NCBI GenBank assembly: GCA_965242525.1
Contig: OZ251459.1
Span: 1,280,001-1,344,000, forward strand
From: an uncultured Candidatus Binatia bacterium
GTDB lineage: Bacteria; Desulfobacterota; Binatia; UBA9968; JAJDTQ01
Reading direction: 5' to 3'
Length of the DNA: 64,000 nt
The translations under genes and the position numbers were made by a program. Each line of letters begins with the position of its first letter. The first letter of the stretch is position 1. Shown in pieces: positions 50,208 to 60,800 of the stretch. The notes beneath the pieces were generated by a model. The model ran no database searches. It was not told the origin of the DNA and saw only the letters and a list, made by a program, of their open reading frames with translations.

Positions 50208-50510
50208 CTAACCGTCATCCTCCGCGGCAGGCGTCCGGTTGACCCGCAGGCGAAGCTCCTTGCCGACCTTGAAGAACGGCACCCTCTTGGAGGACACGGA
50301 CACGACCTCCCCGGTCTTGGGGTTCCGCCCGTCCCTGGCCCTCCGATGCTTGACCACGAAACTGCCGAAACCGCGTATCTCGATTCGTTCCTCGCGCCGC
50401 AATGCGACGATCAGGGAGTCGAAGACGGTGTTGACGATCACCTCCGCATCGAACCGCGACAGGTGGGGAAACCTGTCGTTGATTTCCTGGATCAGGTCTC
50501 GCTTCGTCAT
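50208..50510 (-). CDS. ihfB: Integration host factor subunit beta
   Basis: MTKRDLI, IEIRGFGSF, GRNPKTGE, VPFFKVGKELR; follows rpsA. Confidence 0.93.
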   Translation of the reverse strand: MTKRDLIQEINDRFPHLSRFDAEVIVNTVFDSLIVALRREERIEIRGFGSFVVKHRRARDGRNPKTGEVVSVSSKRVPFFKVGKELRLRVNRTPAAEDDG

Positions 50511-50541
50511 GCAGTTCTCCGAAAACCGCCCCCTGCGCAGC

Positions 50542-52326
50542 TCAACCCTTTTCCTTGTCGTCCTCTTCCGTTTCGGGCTGGCCCACCCGGTCCAGCTTCA
50601 ACTCCTCGTTCAATATGGTCTCGAACGAGAACCGCCCGGCCTCCTTCTCCCGCTGCAAGTAGGTCTCCAGCTCCTCCCTCTCCGCGGACTTCTCCAGCGC
50701 ACGGATGCTGAGGCCGATCTTCCGTTCCTGCAGGTCCACGTTGACCACCTCCGCCTCCACCGTATCGCCCACGTGGTAGAGGCTGGAGGGTTTCTCCACG
50801 TGCTCCGTGCTGAGCTGCGAGACGTGGATCAACCCCTCCACGCCTTCGGCCAGGCGCACGAACACGCCGAAGTCGAGCACCCGGACCACCTCGCCGGTGA
50901 CCCGGGAACCCGTCGGATGCTCCTTGACCACCTGTTCCCATGGGTCCATGGTCAACTGCTTCACACCGAGGGAGAACCGCTCCACCTGGGGGTCCACCCC
51001 GAGCACCTTGGCTTCCACCATGTCACCCTTCTTGTAGAGCTCGGAGGGGTGCTTGACCTTCCGGGTCCACTCCAGGTCGGAGATGTGGATCAGGCCGTCG
51101 ATGCCCTCCTCGACCCCCACGAACACGCCGAAGTCCGTGATGTTCCGCACCGGCCCCTTGACGACGCTGCCCTCGGGGTACTTCTCCTTGGCCTGGAACC
51201 ACGGGTTCGGCAAAACCTGGCGCAGCCCCAGCGAGATGCGCCGGCGCCCGGGGTCCGCCTTCAGCACCATGGCCTCCACGGTCTCCCCCACCTGGACCAC
51301 CTTGGAGGGATGCGAGAGCTTCTTCGCCCAGGACATCTCCGAGACGTGGATCAACCCCTCCACCCCCTTCTCCAACTCCACGAAAGCGCCGTAGTCCGTC
51401 AACCCCACCACCTTGCCGTGGATCTTCGAGTCCACGGGGTACCGCTCCGCCACCGACTCCCACGGGTCCGGCGTGATCTGCTTCATGCCCAGGGAGATGC
51501 GCTCCTTCTCCTTGTCGAACTTGAGCACCACCACCTTGACGGTCTCGCCCAGGCCCAGCAGGTCGCTGGGATGGTTGACGCGGCCCCAGGACATGTCGGT
51601 GATGTGCAGGATGCCGTCGATCCCCCCCACGTCCACGAAAGCGCCGTAGTCCGTGATGTTCTTGACCACGCCTTCCAGGATCACGCCCTCGTCGAGAACG
51701 GCGAGGGTCTCTTTCTTGAGCACCTCCCGCTCCTTCTCGAGCAGGACCTTGCGCGACACCACCACGTTGTCGCGCATCCGGTTGTACTTGAGGATGGTGA
51801 ACCGCTCCCGTTTCCCCACGAACTGCTCGAGGTGCCGGGTGGGTCGAATGTCCACGTGGGAGCCCGGCAGGAAACCGTCCACGCCCACATCGACCTTGAA
51901 CCCGCCCTTCACCCGGGAGACGATGACGCCTTCGACCGGGGAGTTCTCCTCGTAGGCCTTCTCGATCCTGTCCCAGACCTTGATGCTCTCGGCCTTCTGG
52001 CGGGAGAGCACGATCTCGCCCCGGTCCCCTTCGGGGGACTCGAAGAAGACGTCCACGTCGTCGTCCACCTCCACCAGCAGCTTGCCCTCGCGGTCCTGGA
52101 ACTCCTGGACCGGGATGCGCCCTTCGGTCTTGTAGCCTACGTCCACCACCACGTGGGTCGGGTTGATATCCACCACCTTGCCGGTCACCACCCCGCCCGG
52201 CTTCACCGCCTGCAGGCTCTCCTGGAACAAAGACTCGAAGTCGTCTTCCGCAACCGGGGTTTCCTGGCCCTGCGGGACCTGGCCCTGCGGTATTTCCCGG
52301 TTCTTGTTTGCCTCGCCGTCCATCAT
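50542..52326 (-). CDS. rpsA: 30S ribosomal protein S1
   Basis: Repeated S1 domains (DYGAFV, GLIHVSEMSW); follows cmk. Confidence 0.97.
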   Translation of the reverse strand: MMDGEANKNREIPQGQVPQGQETPVAEDDFESLFQESLQAVKPGGVVTGKVVDINPTHVVVDVGYKTEGRIPVQEFQDREGKLLVEVDDDVDVFFESPEGDRGEIVLSRQKAESIKVWDRIEKAYEENSPVEGVIVSRVKGGFKVDVGVDGFLPGSHVDIRPTRHLEQFVGKRERFTILKYNRMRDNVVVSRKVLLEKEREVLKKETLAVLDEGVILEGVVKNITDYGAFVDVGGIDGILHITDMSWGRVNHPSDLLGLGETVKVVVLKFDKEKERISLGMKQITPDPWESVAERYPVDSKIHGKVVGLTDYGAFVELEKGVEGLIHVSEMSWAKKLSHPSKVVQVGETVEAMVLKADPGRRRISLGLRQVLPNPWFQAKEKYPEGSVVKGPVRNITDFGVFVGVEEGIDGLIHISDLEWTRKVKHPSELYKKGDMVEAKVLGVDPQVERFSLGVKQLTMDPWEQVVKEHPTGSRVTGEVVRVLDFGVFVRLAEGVEGLIHVSQLSTEHVEKPSSLYHVGDTVEAEVVNVDLQERKIGLSIRALEKSAEREELETYLQREKEAGRFSFETILNEELKLDRVGQPETEEDDKEKG

Positions 52327-53015
52327 GAAACGATTCTCCCACTTTCTTTTGATTTCGCGCCCTTCTTGCTTACTTGCTCAAGCACCTTCTCGATTACGGC
52401 CGCCACCGACAGGCCGGTGGAGTCGATCAGCACCGCGTCGTCCGCCCGGCGCAGCGGCGCCACGGTCCGCTCCCTGTCCCGCCGGTCCCTGCGCATGACG
52501 TCCGCCAAGGTCTGCTCCAGGGTCAGCCCCGAACCCCGGCCGGCCAACTCCCGGAACCGCCGGCGGGCCCGGGTCTCCGGCGAGGCGTCCAGGTAGATCT
52601 TCACCTCGGCGTCGGGAAACACCACCGTGCCCATGTCGCGGCCCTCGGCCACCACGCCGCCGCTCCGGCCCATGGAGCGCTGCAGGTCCGCCATCCGTTT
52701 CCTTACCACGCCCAGGCCGGAGACCCGGGAGGCCATCTGCCCCACCTCGGGGGTGCGGATGGCTCCGCTCACGTCCGCGCCGTCCAGCATCACCGCGGGG
52801 GAGTCCTCGTCCGCGCCCAGGTCCACCGACGTGCCTTCCAGTATCCGGCCCAAGGCGCTCTCGTCGTCCGGGTCCGTCCCGTGGCGCATGACCTTCCACG
52901 CCACCGCGCGGTACATGGCCCCCGTATCCATATAACGGTATCCCAGACGCTTCGCCACGGCCCGGGCCACGGTGCTCTTGCCCGCCCCCGCGGGGCCGTC
53001 GATGGCCACGATCAA
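52323..53015 (-). CDS. cmk: Cytidylate kinase
   Basis: IDGPAGAGKST, DTGAMYR, EGRDMGTVVFPDA. Confidence 0.97.
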   Translation of the reverse strand: MIVAIDGPAGAGKSTVARAVAKRLGYRYMDTGAMYRAVAWKVMRHGTDPDDESALGRILEGTSVDLGADEDSPAVMLDGADVSGAIRTPEVGQMASRVSGLGVVRKRMADLQRSMGRSGGVVAEGRDMGTVVFPDAEVKIYLDASPETRARRRFRELAGRGSGLTLEQTLADVMRRDRRDRERTVAPLRRADDAVLIDSTGLSVAAVIEKVLEQVSKKGAKSKESGRIVS

Positions 53016-53063
53016 CTATCCTATCCCCACTCGGCCACATGCACAACTCACGGGAACCACCCG

Positions 53064-54344
53064 TCAACCGCCGATTTTCCCGAGACTTTCGAAGAAGCCC
53101 GGAAACGACACCCCGACGCACTCCTCGCCGGACAGCAGGACGCCGCCCTCCGCGGACAGGCCCGCCACCGCCAGGGCCATGGCCACCCGATGGTCCCCGT
53201 GGCTCTCCACCGACGCGCTCCGGAGCCGGTCCGCGCCCTCGACCGCCACGTCGTCGCCGCGCTCTTCCACCTTCACCCCCAGCTTGGCGAGCTCCCGGCC
53301 CATGACGGCGATGCGGTCGGACTCCTTGAAACGCAGCTCGCCCACGTATCGGAACAGGGTGGAACCCCGGGCCAGGGCCGCGGCCACGAAGAGCACCGGG
53401 TACTCGTCGATGGTCCGGGGCGCGAGGTCGGCCGGGACCTCCGTGCCCTCCAGGCGCCCGCCCCGGATGCGCAGGTCCGCCACCGGCTCGCCGTTCTCCT
53501 CCCGGACCCGGGTCATCTCGATGTCCGCGCCCATGGACCGCAGCACTTCCACCGCCCCGCTGCGCGTGGGGTTGCAGCCCACCCCCCTGACGCACAGGTC
53601 CGAGCCGGGCACGGCGGCCGCGGCCACGGCCAGGAACGCCGCCGAAGACATGTCTCCCGGCACCTTGAGCCGCGTCCCCGACAGTTCCTGCCCGCCCCGG
53701 ACGACCACCTCCGGGCCGGCGCTCTCCACCGCGGCGCCGAACTCCCGGGCCATGATCTCCGTGTGGTCCCGGGAGCGGCAGGGCTCCTCGAACCGGGTCT
53801 CCCCCCGGGCCTGCAACCCGGCCAGGAGGACCGCGGACTTGACCTGCGCGCTGGCCACCGGCGAGGCGTAGGCGATGCCGTGGAGACCGCCGCCCTCGAT
53901 CTCCAGGGGCGCGCGGCCGCCGCGGCCGGCCACCCGGGCGCCCATGCGCGTGAGCGGGTCGATGACGCGCTCCATGGGACGGCTGCGCAACGAGCCGTCG
54001 CCGTCGAGGGTGGCGGTGAAGGGGCGGCCCGCCAGCAACCCCGTCAACAGCCGCATGGTGGTGCCGGAGTTGCCGCAGTCGATGGTCTCCTGCGGCGGGC
54101 GCAACCCGTCCCAACCCCTGCCCTCGATGCACAGGGCGCCGTCCTCGCGCCGGAACTCCACTCCCATGCGCCGGAACGCCGCCACCGTGCTGGAGTTGTC
54201 GGCCCCCCGGGAGAGGTTCTCGATGCGGGTCTCGCCCCGGGCCACCGCCCCCAGCATCACCGCCCGGTGTCCGATGGACTTGTCGCCCGGCACTTCCAGT
54301 TCGCCCCGCAGCGGGCGCGACGCCTGTGGGACCCTGACGGCCAT
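53064..54344 (-). CDS. aroA: 3-phosphoshikimate 1-carboxyvinyltransferase
   Basis: PGDKSI, GNSGTT, SAQVKS, SRDHTE, KESDRI, DHRVAM. Confidence 0.97.
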   Translation of the reverse strand: MAVRVPQASRPLRGELEVPGDKSIGHRAVMLGAVARGETRIENLSRGADNSSTVAAFRRMGVEFRREDGALCIEGRGWDGLRPPQETIDCGNSGTTMRLLTGLLAGRPFTATLDGDGSLRSRPMERVIDPLTRMGARVAGRGGRAPLEIEGGGLHGIAYASPVASAQVKSAVLLAGLQARGETRFEEPCRSRDHTEIMAREFGAAVESAGPEVVVRGGQELSGTRLKVPGDMSSAAFLAVAAAAVPGSDLCVRGVGCNPTRSGAVEVLRSMGADIEMTRVREENGEPVADLRIRGGRLEGTEVPADLAPRTIDEYPVLFVAAALARGSTLFRYVGELRFKESDRIAVMGRELAKLGVKVEERGDDVAVEGADRLRSASVESHGDHRVAMALAVAGLSAEGGVLLSGEECVGVSFPGFFESLGKIGG

Positions 54345-54347
54345 CGG

Positions 54348-55202
54348 CTACTTCATCCTCTTCCGGGTGGTCAAGGCCCGCTCGAACTCCCGTTCCAACC
54401 CCTCCCCGTCGTTCCGGCGGATGCAGTCGGCCATCCTCTCGATCCCCCGCGCGTGTTCCCCCAGCCCCTTCAGCACCGCCTCGCGGTTGAGGAGGCAGAT
54501 GTCGCGCCACAACTCGGGACGGCTGGCGGCGATGCGGGTGGTGTCCTTGAACCCTGCGCCGCAGTACGCGGCCAAGTCCAGCGACCCCACCTTGGAGCGT
54601 TCCAGGGCGTTGACCAGCGCATACGCCACCACGTGGGGAAGGTGGCTGACCACCCCCATGATCCGGTCGTGGACGGCCGCGTCCATCAACTCCACCCTGG
54701 CCCCCAACCGGCGCCAGAACGCCCGCAGCTTCTTCACCGCGGCCGGGTCGCTCTTCTTCGTGGGCGTGAGTATGCAGCGGCGGCGGACGAACAGGTCCGG
54801 CCGGGCCGGGTCGGGTCCCCACTGCTCCCCGCCGGAGATCGGATGCCCCCCCACGAAGGGCGGTCCGCCCTTCAACAGCCGCTCCATGTCCGCCACCACC
54901 CGGCGTTTCACGCTGCCCGCGTCGCTGACCAGGCACGCAGGGTCGAGCCTCGGCAGGAACGACCGCGCCACCGGAACGATGGCGCTCACGGGCGTGGCCA
55001 GAAGCAGGAAGTCGGCGTCCTCGGGAAAATCCCCGGCCTCCAGGAACCAGGAGTCCAGGATCCCCATCCTCTTCGCCCGGCCCAGGGTCTTCCGGTTGCG
55101 TCCGTACCCCACCACGCGCCGGACCAGTCCGTGCTTCCTGGCGGCCAACGCAATGGACCCGCCGATGAGGCCCACGCCGGCCACCACCATGGTGCGGAAC
55201 AT
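54348..55202 (-). CDS. tyrA: Prephenate/arogenate dehydrogenase
   Basis: GVGLIGGS, DAGSVK, GGHP, HD...SHLPH, GFKDTTRIA. Confidence 0.93.
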   Translation of the reverse strand: MFRTMVVAGVGLIGGSIALAARKHGLVRRVVGYGRNRKTLGRAKRMGILDSWFLEAGDFPEDADFLLLATPVSAIVPVARSFLPRLDPACLVSDAGSVKRRVVADMERLLKGGPPFVGGHPISGGEQWGPDPARPDLFVRRRCILTPTKKSDPAAVKKLRAFWRRLGARVELMDAAVHDRIMGVVSHLPHVVAYALVNALERSKVGSLDLAAYCGAGFKDTTRIAASRPELWRDICLLNREAVLKGLGEHARGIERMADCIRRNDGEGLEREFERALTTRKRMK

Positions 55203-56323
55203 CAGCGGCCCCCTCCCCCCTCGCCCGGCCCACCGTCTCCCGGCAGCTCGGCAAGGGCGGCCAGGAGCTTCCGGTTCTCGTCCCCGGTCCCCACGGTCAC
55301 GCGCACGTGCTCGGGAAAATCGGGACCCACGGGCCTCACGATGACCCCCTTCCGCAACAACTCCTCGTAGCAGCGCCCCACTTGGCCGGTCCGCACCAGC
55401 AGGAAGTTGGCCTGGCTCGGGACCCATTCGAGCCCCAGGGCGGTGAGGCCCTCGGCGAGACGCGCCCGACCCTGCCGGTTGGCCTCGACGCTCCGGCGCA
55501 GGTGCTCCCGGTCGTCCAGGGCCGCGGCCGCGGCCCACTGGGCCGCGGCGTTGACGTTGAAGGGTTGCCGCACTTGGTTCATGGGCGCGATGATCTCGGG
55601 ACGGGCGACGCCGTACCCGATGCGCAGGCCCGCCAGTCCATAGACCTTGGAGAAGGTGCGCAGGGTCAGCACCGAGCGGTCTTCCCGGTGGTGCTCCAGG
55701 GAGTCCGGAAAGTCCGGGTCGTCCGCGTACTCGAAGTACGCCTCGTCCGCCACCACCAGGACGTCGGGACCCACCCGTTCGAGGAACCCCTCCCACTCCC
55801 GCCGACGGTAGATGGCGCCGGTGGGGTTGTTGGGGTTGGCCAGGAAGACGCAGCGGGTGTCCCGGGTCAGGGCCCGGGCCATGCCCTCCAGGTCGTAGGC
55901 GTAGTCCTTCAACGGCGCGGTCCGCACCGCGGCGCCCACCGCGTCCAGCGAGAGGCGATAGGCCACGAAAGTGCCCTGGGCCAGCAGGGCTTCGTCTCCC
56001 GGACGCAGGAACGTCCGCACCGCGAGGTCGATGAGCTCGTTGGAGCCGTTGCCGAAGATCAGCCCTTCCGGCTGGACCCCGAGCCTCCCGGCCAGCGCGC
56101 GCCTGAGATGGAAGCAGTCCCCGTCCGGATAGAGGTGGAGGTCCTCCAACCGCTCCCGCAGCGCCTTCACCGCCCTGGGGGACGGACCCAGGGGGTTCTC
56201 GTTGGACGCCAGCTTGGCCGACCCCCGGATGCCGTACTCCCGCTCCACCTCGTCGATGGGCTTGCCCGGCACGTACGGCACGATGCGGCGGATATGCTCC
56301 GGAACCTTGTCGGCGATGCTCAT
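55202..56323 (-). CDS. hisC: Histidinol-phosphate aminotransferase
   Basis: KLASNENPLG, NPNNPTG, DEAYFEY, RTFSKVYGLAGLRIGY. Confidence 0.95.
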   Translation of the reverse strand: MSIADKVPEHIRRIVPYVPGKPIDEVEREYGIRGSAKLASNENPLGPSPRAVKALRERLEDLHLYPDGDCFHLRRALAGRLGVQPEGLIFGNGSNELIDLAVRTFLRPGDEALLAQGTFVAYRLSLDAVGAAVRTAPLKDYAYDLEGMARALTRDTRCVFLANPNNPTGAIYRRREWEGFLERVGPDVLVVADEAYFEYADDPDFPDSLEHHREDRSVLTLRTFSKVYGLAGLRIGYGVARPEIIAPMNQVRQPFNVNAAAQWAAAAALDDREHLRRSVEANRQGRARLAEGLTALGLEWVPSQANFLLVRTGQVGRCYEELLRKGVIVRPVGPDFPEHVRVTVGTGDENRKLLAALAELPGDGGPGEGGGGR

Positions 56324-57396
56324 AGGCTGCACGGGTAGGAGCCGAGGACCTTGAGGAAGACGCAGCTCCCGGCGAGCTGCTTCAGCGCCTTCCCCACCCG
56401 GGCCTCCTGCTCATGTCCTTCGAAGTCGATGAAGAAATAGTACTCCCACGCCTTCTGGCGCGAGGGGCGCGACTCGATCTTGGTGAGGCTGATGCCGTGC
56501 TTCGAGAACGGCGCCAGCATCTCGTGCAGCACCCCCACCCGGTCCTGGACCGCAAAGACGATGCTGGTCTTGTCCTCGCTCGTGGCCGCGGGCGGGTCGT
56601 TGCCGATGACGAAGAACCGGGTGATGTTGTCGCGGACGTCGGCGATGTTGTCCCGGACCACCTTGAGGCCGTACACCTCCCCGGCCAACCGGCTGGAGAC
56701 CGCGGCCGCCTCCCGGTCCGAGCGGGCCTCCTTGGCGGCTTGCGCCGTGCTGGCCGCCTCCCCGACCGCGGCGTCGGGGTAATGCGCGGCGATCCATCGG
56801 CGGCACTGGGCCAGGGCGTGGGGATGGGAAAGGATTCGGCGGACGTCCCGGTCCCGGCCCGACCGGGACAGCAGGCAGAGCTCGATCTCGACGCTCACCT
56901 CCCCGCAGATGCGGACGTCCGACTCCTGCAGCAGGTCCAGGGTGTGGGTCACCACTCCTTCGGTGGAGTTCTCGATGGGCACGACGCCGTAGTCCACGTT
57001 GCCCGCGGCCACCTCTCGAAACACGTCGTCGGTGGTGGGCTCGGGGGAGTACCGCACGGCGCTGCCGAACTGCCGCTGGGCGGCCACGTGGGTGAAGGTG
57101 GCCTGCGGCCCGAGGAACGCCACCCTCATGCGGGCCTCGATCCCGCGGCAGGCCGACAACACCTCCCGATAGACGGCGCGGACGGAGGCCGCGGGCAACG
57201 GCCCCGCGTTGGCCGCGGAAACCTGCCGGAACACGGCCCGTTCGCGGCTGGCCACATAGACCGGCCTTCCCGTGCGGCTCTTGTGATGCCCGATCTTCAG
57301 GGCGAGGGAAGCTCTCTCGTTGAGAAGCGCTACAATCCTGGAATCAACTCGGTCGATCTTCTTGCGGAGGGCATCTACCGGTTCTCTACGGCTCAA
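56320..57396 (-). CDS. pheA: Bifunctional chorismate mutase/prephenate dehydratase
   Basis: N-terminal CM domain, PIENSTEG, SHPHALAQC, NITRF, TKIESRPS. Confidence 0.96.
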   Translation of the reverse strand: MSRREPVDALRKKIDRVDSRIVALLNERASLALKIGHHKSRTGRPVYVASRERAVFRQVSAANAGPLPAASVRAVYREVLSACRGIEARMRVAFLGPQATFTHVAAQRQFGSAVRYSPEPTTDDVFREVAAGNVDYGVVPIENSTEGVVTHTLDLLQESDVRICGEVSVEIELCLLSRSGRDRDVRRILSHPHALAQCRRWIAAHYPDAAVGEAASTAQAAKEARSDREAAAVSSRLAGEVYGLKVVRDNIADVRDNITRFFVIGNDPPAATSEDKTSIVFAVQDRVGVLHEMLAPFSKHGISLTKIESRPSRQKAWEYYFFIDFEGHEQEARVGKALKQLAGSCVFLKVLGSYPCSL

Positions 57397-57567
57397 TGAA
57401 AAACCTCGAGGGGATGGATTGCGACCAGACGGCTACGTTAGCCGAACTCCTGCGGAATTGCAAATACGATCCCCGTCGTTCCCAACCTTCTCCCACATTG
57501 CGCTTGGCCCCTGCCTCCCCTTTGGGGCGCTTCCGAAATTCGTGTGGATTGCGACACTCCCCATCCC

Positions 57568-57661
57568 GTCATTCCCGCGAAAGCGGGAATCCATCCGGTT
57601 TGCTCGCAGGGTCTGGATTCCCGTCCCCGCTTCCGCGAGGACATGCTTTCGCGGGACTGAC
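57568..57661. repeat. Inverted doublet of REP-like family B (57568-57593 plus; expanded copy 57614-57661 minus)
   Basis: Same unit as 26092-26117 and 29888-29934. Confidence 0.88.
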
Positions 57662-57881
57662 GACGGGTGGGCGTCTGCGGAGCAATGACTGCGTGACTCC
57701 TATCGCTCCCCTTTCCCCCTACCTTGACCACACGAAAGCCGGAAGAGCCCCAGCCCCCTTCGGTAACGTTCCCGGATGGGAATATGCTATACGCTCGATG
57801 AATCGAGTCCACCGCTTGGCAGGGTCGAATCCCGTTCCCCCGGGAGGGTCCGGGAACGCTTTTCGGGCGTGAAGAAGCTCC

Positions 57882-60800
57882 ATGAACAACCACGTGTCCA
57901 TCCACGGGGCGCTGCAAGACTTGGCCGCTGCGGTGACGGAGAAGACGACGCAACCCACCGCGGGGGAGCCCGAAGACCAGCTCCGCGCCCCGTTCGAAAC
58001 CTTCATGGCGGACGTCGCCGCGGCCTTGGGCCGGCGCGTCACCTGCACCGGCGAGACGCCGCTGCCGGACCGGCTCGGCCGGCCCGACTACGCGGTTCAC
58101 GGCAACGGCCTGCTCGTCGGCTACGTGGAGATCAAGGCCCCGGGCACGGGCGCTGACGCAGCCCGTTTCAAGGGCCGCAACCGCCAACAGTTCCAGCGCT
58201 TTTCGGCGATCCCCAACCTCCTCTACACCGACGGCAACCAATGGGCGCTGTACCGGGGCGGCGAACGGGCGGGAGGCGTGGTCCGGCTTTCGGGGGATGT
58301 GGCCCGTGACGGCCGGCACGCCGCGGCGGTGGAGGACGCTCCCGGCGTCGAGCGCCTGGTGCGGGACTTCCTGTCGTGGGAGCCGCTCCTGCCCCTGGAC
58401 GGCAAGGGCCGCATGGACCTCCGGCGCTTCGCCGACCTGCTGGCCCCCCTGTGCCGGATGCTGCGGGACGACGTGGCCGACGCCCTCGCCGACCCGGCCT
58501 CCCCTCTCGTTCACTTGGCCGGGGACTGGCGGCAACTGCTGTTCCCTCACGCCTCGGACGTCCAGTTCGCCGACGCCTACGCCCAGACCGTCGCCTTCGC
58601 CCTGCTGCTGGGGCGCAGCGAGGGGGCGGACCCGTTGACGCTGGAAGGGGCCCAGGCCGCCCTCGCCGCACAGCACGGCCTGCTCTCCCGCGCCCTGCAA
58701 GTCCTGACCGACCCGGGCGTGCGGGCGGAGATGAGCGCGTCCCTGGACCTGCTGCTGCGGGTCCTCGCAGTCGTGCCGCCCGCGGCGCTGGCCGGACCGC
58801 AGGACCCGTGGCTCTACTTCTACGAAGACTTCCTGGCGGCCTACGACCCCAAGCTGCGCAAGGACGCCGGGGCCTACTACACTCCGGTGGAAGTGGTCCG
58901 CGCTCAGGTGCGTCTGGTGGACGACCTGCTGGTCCATCGCCTGAACAGACGGCTGGGCTTTACGGAACCCGGCGTGGTCACGCTGGATCCGGCTGCAGGC
59001 ACGGGCACGTACCTGCTGGGGGTGGTCGAACACGCCCTGGGGCGGGTGGAAGCGGAACAGGGGACGGGCGCGGTGGCGGGACAAGCCGCGGAGTTGGCCA
59101 ACAACCTCTACGGCTTCGAATTGATGGCGGGGCCGTATGCGGTGAGCGAGTTGCGCGTCAGCCGCGCCTTGCGCGACCGGGGGGCATCGTCGGCCGACGC
59201 GGCGCGGGTCTATCTGACCGACACCCTGGAGAGCCCCCACGCGGAGCCGCCGCAACTGCCGCTGTTCCTCCGGCCCATCTCGGAGCAGCGCCGCAAGGCG
59301 CTTGCAGTGAAGCGTGAGACGCCGGTGCTGGTGTGTATCGGCAACCCGCCCTACGACCGGCACGAGGCCGCCACCCCGCACAACGGGGACCACACCGGCT
59401 CCTGGGTGCGATGGGGCGAGAACGGGGCGCTGCCGGCAAAGGCTTCTTCCTCGCGCGCCGCGGGCGCGGACGCCATCTTCCGGGACTTCCTCGATCCGGT
59501 GGTGGCAGCGGGCCGCGGCGTCCACCTCAAGAACCTGTACAACCTCTACGTCTATTTCTGGCGCTGGGCGCTGTGGAAGGTGTTCGAGCACGACACCGCC
59601 CGCGGGCCGGGCGTGGTGAGCTTCATCACCGCGTCGAGCTACCTCGACGGCGACGCCTTCCGGGGCATGCGCGAACACATGCGGCGGGTGTGCGATGAAG
59701 TGTGGATCCTGGACTTGGGCGGCGAGGGCCGTGGCACGCGCAAGAGCGACAACGTCTTCGCCATCCAGACGCCGGTGGCCATTGCGGTTGCGGCGCGCAC
59801 GGGCAAGGCGAAGGAGGACGAGCCCGCGAAGGTCCGCTACGCGCGCATCGACGGCACGCGCAGACAGAAGCTGGCTGCCCTCGACGCCATCGACGGTTTC
59901 CGGAAGGTGGCTTGGCAGGACTGCCCCAACGAGTGGCAGGCGGCGTTCCGTCCCGCGGGCAAAGGGGATTACTTCGCTTGGCCGCTGCTCACCGACCTGA
60001 TGCCGTGGCAGCATTCGGGCGTCCAGTTGAAACGCACTTGGCCCATCGCGCCGGATGCGGACACGCTGGAACGCCGTTGGCGAGCGCTGCTCGCAGCTTC
60101 GGGCGCGAACCGGACCGCGGCGTTCAGGGAAACACGCGACCGCAAGGTCTCGTCGGAATGCCCCCCGCTGTTATCGGGAGACGAGACGACGCCTATCGCC
60201 AGCCTGGGCCGTGACGCACCGACCCCGCGCATGGAACGCTATGCCTACCGGTCGTTCGACCGGCAGCGCCTCTTTCTGGATACGCGGCTGGCAGATTACC
60301 TGCGCCCCGCGCTGTGGCGCGCCCATGGCGAACGGCAAGTTTACGTGACCAGCCTCCTCAGCCAAGTCCTCGGCAACGGCCCGGCGCTCACCGCCTGTGC
60401 GCTGCTTCCCGACCTTCATCATTTCCCCGGCGGAAGCGGAAAGAGCATCGTTCCTCTCTACCGGACCGCAGACGCTTCGGAGGCCAACCTCCTGCCCGGC
60501 CTACAGGACCTCCTCGGCAAGACCCTTGGGCGCAAGGTCACTCCCGAACACTTCCTGGCCTACGTCTATGGCGTGCTGGCCCACCCGGCCTTTACGGCGC
60601 GGTTTTCCGAGGAACTGGAAACGCGCGATCTGCGGGTCCCGCTCACCAGGGACGCCGGGTTGTTCGAGCGGGTCCGCAGGACGGGCGCCCGCCTGTTGCG
60701 GTTGCACACCTACGGCGAACGCTTCGCCGGCGGGAGGCAACGCGGCCGGGTTCCCCGCGGCGCGGCCCGATGCGTCAGGGCCGTGCCCGGCGACCCTGCC

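Noticed and set aside
57818-57865. tRNA T-arm-like string (GCAGGGTCGAATCCCG) and GC hairpin upstream of the second RM gene
   Set aside because: Too short and mismatched to call an att remnant, tRNA fragment or attenuator
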